A stretch of DNA of 59,780 nucleotides, filler included, from Bipalium vagum (Eukaryota): the NCBI GenBank assembly GCA_037834085.1. It is 3 parts of 3 records of this genome, joined end to end, with 100 filler letters (N's around TTAATTAATTAA, not from the genome) between each part and the next. Parts side by side here need not be neighbours in the genome. Positions count along the whole stretch, not along the records: positions 44,068 to 59,780 come from JBBMKC010150042.1; 2 more parts are not named here. One strand, given 5' to 3'. Of this stretch, positions 53,159 through 59,780 are shown piece after piece. Under the pieces are notes generated by a model that did not search any database, was not told the origin of the DNA, and was given only the letters and a program-made list of their open reading frames with translations. Each line of letters begins with the position of its first letter. The stretch's first letter is position 1. The position numbers and the translations under genes are program-made.

Positions 53159-54476
53159 TATGATACCATTTTTACAACTTCTCACTCTAAGATCACCCGG
53201 GTCTAATATAATCCCCACGAACAACTTACATTTAAACCCACTGTTAAACCATTTGAGTACCTGTCTCAAATAAAAGAATCGAATAATTAAATAACATAAT
53301 CAAAACCATTTTGCAATTTCAGTTAGTCGACGCAATACTTTAGAACCATTCACCTTTTCACAAATTGGCTTCTCCGAACATTGCAGTATTTTAAGCTTTT
53401 TATCGCAGATATATTCCTTTATCGAAAATGGATATATTTTTTTCTACTTTTAGTATCATTAGCCACCTTTAATCTTGCTCAAAATGTGAGAAGCTTATTA
53501 GAGTATCAAAAATAAATATTTTTTTAAAAGAAAAAATCGAGCTCCATTAGTACATTAATTTGAATTTCTTAGCTCTTTCAGGTAGAAATTGATTTACTAA
53601 AAAAACCCCTTTATGATGATGATTATTATTTTATTTTATCGCAAATACAAGAGAAAATCCAAACATATTTTGAAAATTAATTTTCATAAAATTTCTATGT
53701 GCTACCCTAAAATTGGTTTTCATTACCACTTAAATTTGAACAGATTTTAAGCACATCTTAAAACTCTTATCTAGTCATCTGAAATTACGAGAACCTTTCG
53801 AAAAAATATGTTTTATCACCATTTTTATCGACCGGCTTATCAAATATTGTTAGATTCTAGGATAAGCTATATTAGTAATAGCTCTTTTGTGATAGCTTCT
53901 CGGTTCGATTATATTAAATCACACCCCTTAATAACCAATAATAAGACATAAAATTTTATTGTGTGGACAACAAAATAATTTTAATTGAATTTATGGATTT
54001 GCTAATATATTAAATTCTAGAAACATTTAAACCCCATAAGCCTGTCCCCATGTAACTCTTTAAAATCTATCATTTTTAAACAATATTTTTCTGTTTTATT
54101 ATTTAACTTTATTTATAATTTGAATTTCATTAAAATACTGACAAAATTTATTAATTTTTTGAAAATTTTTAATTAAAGTTTCTCAATTTATTATTAAAAT
54201 TATAAAAAATTAATAACCACTAATTGAGCACTTAAAAAATATAAATTATTATAAAATACTTATAGAAAAATTTCCTAATATCACAAAAAATTTTCAAATG
54301 AGTCTACACAACTTATGATATTTAATCACAATGAAAACTAACTTCAAAGTAAATTTAAATGATTTACACAATCTTTTTATATTGAACTGATAACAATTAT
54401 TTATAAATTGTTTTGTTTGTCTGCATTAAATTAATTAAACTAGTTTTCGATTTCCTATAAATTCCGGTTTTATTAA

Positions 54477-54930
54477 ATGGTAAGCTCTCATGATTTACAA
54501 GGATTTTTACTGATTTATTTTATCAATTCAGGCTTCAGGGGTAAAATGCGATTCGTCTGTTGAAGAATTCTTCAACTCCATTAAGCTCCAACACAAATAC
54601 CAATACGTGATTTTCGGACTGAATAAGGATAAGAACCGCATCATAAAATTAGAGACCGGAGACTTGGGAGTGACTTATGACGATTTTCGAAGACATTTGA
54701 TCGACAATTATGCAAAAGACGGATGCTATGCGCTGTACGACTACAACGGAACGCTGGCCTTCATATCCTGGATCCCAGAGGGCATGAACATCACCAAACG
54801 GATGATCATGGCATCATCCAAGTCGGAAATTATGACGCGCATGGTGGGCGTCAAAGCCAAAATCGAGGCAAACACCGAAGATGAGATTGACGAAACTAAT
54901 ATCAAAGAAAAAACCGCCTCCAAAGTCTAA
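54477..54930 (+). CDS. Actin-depolymerizing factor / cofilin, 133 aa; join(54477-54479, 54532-54930)
   Basis: ATG, then a 52-nt gtaagc..ttcag intron, gives MASGVKCDSSVEEFFNSIKLQHKYQYVIFGL..CYALYDY..AFISWIPE..KRMIMASSK..; AATAAA at about 54962 and 54999. Confidence 0.93.
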
Positions 54931-56028
54931 GAGACCATGGACGCTTTTTGTTATGCTTTCTAATAAAATAATGAATTTTGGTCTTGAAAAACCATATTAA
55001 TAAAATGTCTTATTTTTTAACTATTATTTTGGGCGGAGGGAGTTTTTGGGTATTTTAAGAAAAGCCTGAAGTTGAAAAGTAAAAAACGCTCATTCAAACA
55101 CATTTAAGGGATAGAATCAATTGGATTTTTAAGGCAAAAATTCTTCTAAAGATTTTTAATTTTTTTGAACAGAACTGAAATTTACTCCATTAAAAGAGTT
55201 TTATAGAGATCTTAGTAAATGACAATCGGATGATCATTGGTTCCCAGAAGTAGTAGTCTTTCAATTTTTACCGGACTTCAAAGAAATGTCCGGATTGTCG
55301 ATTCGGAGTACAGTGGTCTTCGTGTTTATAAAATTTGGTCTGATTTTGTCGATCTCAAGATTTAATTCTGTCACAATTTCTTTTGATGTCATCATTAATA
55401 GTTAAGAAATGTACTCAATTAACAATTGTACCGACTTTCACGAGATATTCGTACTTGGCAATATTTGGGAAAATCTTTATTGAATTAATCTTTTTCAAAA
55501 ATATGGAAAAAAACATTTCCCTCCCCCTTCAAAAAGACCATGTTTAACAAAAGAAAAAAGACGTCACGCGTGTTTCATCAAGATTTATTTTTATTAATCA
55601 AACAGTTACACAAGATTGTTTTGCTGTTAAGCATAATACAAAAGCCGTTTTCAAGCCGTCAAACGCGTAAATCGATTTGGAATCACGGAATCGGAACAGA
55701 GTCTGTTGTGACCAATGAACCGGCGCACGCTCAACGGAAAAAGTGTAATAGAAAAATATTTCATCAAGTCATTTTACAAAGCTGTCAAAATAACATCTCG
55801 GTTCCACGCGGGACTTTCTAATAATTGCTAATAAAATAATTTCAAAACTTTTCAAATCAAGGAAACGTTTTCGTAACAATAATTACATAATAATAATAAT
55901 AACAATAATAATAATAATTTGATTGGATATCGCAGAGCATTTTTCACTGTCAAACGATATTTCGACAAAACGAAAAGTACTAATGAAAGATATAGGGATC
56001 GATATATGTACAAACATTGAAATATATG

Positions 56029-56591
56029 CTAAATAGAATTTATAAGCTCTAAATCGTTCTGATATTCATCGAACCATTGATTGGATTCCGTCAAATCGGC
56101 GAGACTGTCGGGGTAGTCCCACAGAAATTGGTCGTTGATCGAAATTCCTGAATCGGGACTCGGACTGGTGAGGAAACAATTCTCGAAAGAATATGACACG
56201 TTCAGGTCGTTTTTAAACTGGTCTTTGTGAATGTGTTTCGGAGAAAGTCGGGTTTTGTCTGTGGTGCAGTTCGATTTCGATTTACCGATTTTGATATTGA
56301 TTTCTTTTGGTTTGTTGAAAATCATTGATCTGCCATCGAAAAGCGTTGGTAAAAGTGGATCTTTTTCGATGTTTCCATTGGTCGTATCCAAGTCTTTTGG
56401 AGCGAGTTTTACAACTTTGGGTTTTACCTAAATTAAAAATCATTGTTTATTGTTCTTCTGAAAAGTTCGTACATTTTATTGATTTATTCATATTTTATAT
56501 ATATTTAGCAGCTTTGTTTGAGTACATCCCCGTTCCTCTCGAACCATTTGTTTATGTTTACCATTGGTCCGTGGTATGTGAATGATGTCAT
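56029..56591 (-). CDS. Two-exon orphan protein, 142 aa; join(complement 56562-56591, 56029-56427)
   Basis: MTSFTYHGPM, gtaaac..tttag intron, then VKPKVVKLAPKD..SPSPDSGIS..WFDEYQNDLELINSI*; phase-0 junction in frame with the supplied ORF; AATAAA on the - strand near 55590; no recognised domain. Confidence 0.6.
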
Positions 56592-57619
56592 TTTCAGATT
56601 GTTTGTCTAATTTTACTTGTAACTGTATACAAACAGAACAAACGCGAAACACGTGCAGCGTTTGTCTATAATTTGACAATATTTTGTTTATGTTAGCCCG
56701 TGGGTATGAAAACAGAATATTTCACATGAAGACAGCGAGCACCATTGGTTCAATGTGTTCAGTGAAGATATTAAGTCATAGAGAGCTTGAAGTCATTGAC
56801 GTTTGTCTTATGAAAACATACACCTGACATCGATGTTTCCATTGAAAACCTTCCTCAACTTTGTACTTACAAATGGGGTTTGGAAATTAATTATTCCATT
56901 ATAGATATAAATAGATGTAAACAAGGAGGACATAAACATTTAAAAATAAATAATAATTCTCCTGAATCAAAGTGACGAGTACCAATTATTTTATTACTTA
57001 GTGAGTTACTCAATAACTCCAAATAGATCAATAATCCCGTGGAGTGCCTTCACAGCTAATAGACTCATCTTATCCCCAATTTTCCGAAGACCTTCGACAT
57101 ATTTTAGAAAAGAGTTACATTTTGTGCTCCATGTTTGACGAAAGATTTCAATGTCGACTCAAATGTAGTGACAATACTTTGACCAAAGAATATGTTCCAC
57201 ATTAAGAAAGGTGTTCTCAAAAAGTAATTTACGACATTAGAAACTTGTTTTACAATAGAAAACCAACCAAAAGTTTAACACAATTTTCTTTAGTTGGTTT
57301 TGGTACCCATCTTTTAGGGAGGGCTTATTAAGCCGTTTTCCAGGAATTTGAATGACTTTAGAAATATGACTTGGTTCCAGTGGTTTTACAGTACTCAAAA
57401 GCTGAGGAAATTTTCCCACCAAGGGATTTTTAAGGGAACCTGAATAAATAAAAACTGGATGACAACGCTGATTAACTTGGCTGTATAATGGTACAAAACA
57501 ATGCCCTTCGGATTTGCCAATGATTGGCGCTTATCATCGATTTCAGCTTTTAATTAATCCAAGTGTAACTAGTGTTTCAAATGAAATGAAAAGTGCTCCT
57601 GTTGAAGGAACAATTCCAG

Positions 57620-58060
57620 TCACACAAGGTCCAGTGTATGATTTCCTTTGAATGGGTTTCCCCTTTTGAAGAGGTTATCGGGAATTAATTTCTCTTTTCT
57701 ATCGACCCTTTTCATTTTTGATTGTTGTGATACAATCCATTTTTTATCATCTGTAATTGGCCGTTTTACAAATAGTTCTTTTTAAGTTTCTTACGAATAA
57801 GGAAATGCATAATGAAACAAATAATTAATTGATTTTCCTTTAGTTGATGCACAATCAAATTGATGAAATCAAATCTTCCCAAATAACCCTTGGTAAACCA
57901 ATCCTGTTATTTTCAGCTTTTCTGCAATAGATCTTGTTGTAGAATGGACATAGTTTTCAACCATTGACTGAATTGTATTATCACCAAAGAAAACAGGCCT
58001 ACCAGAGATCGCTCTTTTTCCTTAAAGTCGACATTTGCTCTTTCGGACCGTGAAACCGAC
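57620..58060 (-). mobile_element. Mariner internal fragment
   Basis: SGRPV..STTRSIAEKL, IVHQLKENQL (WVPHEL-like), ITDDKKWIV. Confidence 0.65.
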
Positions 58061-58559
58061 TTGTTTTAACGCACGTAACTAATAATCATAGATAATTATG
58101 AAACATACGATTGGTTAAATATTCCAATTTTTGTTTGCTTTATTGATTAGATTCATTCAAAATAATGTTCGAAAATGAGGAATTTTGTAATGTGATTCGT
58201 TTTTTATTTGTCAGGGGATCAGGTAAGCAGGGATTTATCAATCAGCTTTCATAAGTATACGTAGAGAAGCCCCATTTCAGACAACCATTTATAACTGGAT
58301 TCGAGAATTTTCATTTGCTCAAATAAAATTGAAAGGTATTGCGACAAATGAACGAAAAAATATTCAAACGTAAGTAACTGATAGGCTAAATATATACCGC
58401 CCAGCTGTTTTTAAAGGAAATATGAATCCGAAAGAAATATAGCAGGCTTGTGTCAAGAATTCTAACAACTAAGATGATGGTTACTCGAAAAATAAGCTGA
58501 GAGAGGAATTTTCGTTTTCTGGATGCAATCGGGCTCAAGTTTTTATCGAATATAATAAC

Positions 58560-59200
58560 TACAAACGAGACGCCATTGACTCTTTACCGTCCTTACTCAA
58601 AAAAATTAAAATTAGTGGGTTTTTGGAAATGAGCAGCCATCCAGGATCTTGCGTCCCGTGATTTCCCATCGCAATGTGTCATGTTGAAAGTCTTTTGGGA
58701 GGAAAAGTGACACCTTAATGCCTGGTTTTGCTGAAGAAATGTTAAATTCGGATTACTACAGAATAACGACTTTGAAACCCGGAGCATTCTAGGCAAACCA
58801 TACCTCCAGGAACTATTTTTAGTCCACGACAACAGCTTTATTCACACATCAAGAAACATTAACAAAAGCTGAGTTTCTGTAGTTGGATCATCCTCCACAC
58901 AGCACAGGTCTTGCACCAAGTGATTTTTGATTTTTTTTCTTTGCTTTTCTTGCTCCATGATTACTTTTCTATGCACACATCCAAGAAAACGGGAGACAAA
59001 TTAACAAAGGTTGGTTTGTGCAGCTCGATCATCCTTCGTACAGTCCAGATAGGAAAAAATTCACCAAGTGACTTTTGGTTGTTCAATCAATTGAAGAAAT
59101 TCTTCAATTTTCCTTGAAAAAAGTTTCAATGGAATGGTCGACCAGTGGATAAAGTGAATCAATGTAAACGATGGTTTTTTCGAGAAAGAGACCAATAAGT
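58560..59200 (+). mobile_element. Mixed Tc1/mariner remnants
   Basis: LVHDNSFIHTSR, LDHPPHSTGLAPSDF, LDHPSYSPD. Confidence 0.6.
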
Positions 59201-59705
59201 GTATCGTTAAGAAATTAGGTTGAATTGACCTTCAATATTTCTGGTTGAGTCTCAGTATTTTTAGCCTTACCACGTACATGTCAAATTTAATATCGTTTTT
59301 ATGTTCAAAGCTAATTGCGTCAGAATTCTAGGAATCCATGTTCCAACGCAATGTATCTAAACATATTAACTACAATGTACGTTGAAAATATTACAAGAAA
59401 GTTGTTCTATCAAACAAATGGTACTTTTTAAAATTCTAATACAGTTCTCAAGATACTTATGTTTCACTAATAACCGTTGCTATTTGTTTTGGTCACTTGT
59501 GAAGTTTTGTCAATTATTCAGCTAATTTAAAAAGTTTTACAAAAAAAGACATTTTTTGTTTAAATTAATAAGAAAGGTTCAAGAATAAAGTATAAAATGA
59601 AACTATTCAATAATTTTTTAAAAAGTACTTCTTAATAAGAAAGAACAATTCCAGAATATAGAGCAAAATGAAGAAATATTGATTATTATTATTGTTATTT
59701 ATTTT

Positions 59706-59716
59706 TATTATTATTA

Positions 59717-59780
<64 letters not shown>
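59706..59780. repeat. (ATT)n microsatellite
   Basis: Near-pure ATT array at the window end. Confidence 0.95.

Noticed and set aside
1-59780. CRISPR array, Fanzor/TnpB or other RNA-guided nuclease
   Set aside because: No regularly spaced repeat-spacer array and no RuvC/zinc-ribbon motif set recognised in any ORF; the nuclease motifs present are RLE, DDE/DDD and DEDD-like.

Overview
Very AT-rich eukaryotic (metazoan) draft-assembly DNA. The TE complement and the cofilin sequence suggest a flatworm/planarian, but this is inference only. The window appears to be three independent scaffolds (1-20782, 20883-43967, 44068-59780) joined by artificial 100-nt spacers (44 N + TTAATTAATTAA + 44 N), so adjacency across them is not biological. 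Host genes: (i) the 3' part of a BCR/ABR-like PH-C2-RhoGAP gene (+, 1954-19668, 13 exons reconstructed by hand with consistent phases, plus one candidate exon); (ii) a cytosolic sulfotransferase (-); (iii) an ADF/cofilin with an intron directly after the ATG and a very short F-loop (+); (iv) a two-exon orphan gene (-); (v) possibly a hidden many-exon antisense gene interleaved with BCR/ABR. The rest is decayed TEs: many mariner/Tc1/DD37D copies, Polinton/Maverick pPolB and integrase remnants, a Gypsy remnant, and three RLE-type (NeSL/R2-like) non-LTR retrotransposons with Ulp1-like protease sequence. The most unusual items are a retroelement ORF with tandem Ulp1 domains (one catalytically intact, one degenerate) and a younger-looking insert inside the Polinton remnant encoding a catalytically degenerate DEDD-exonuclease-like domain with a Pro-rich tail. 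No CRISPR array, rRNA or intact tRNA is supported.
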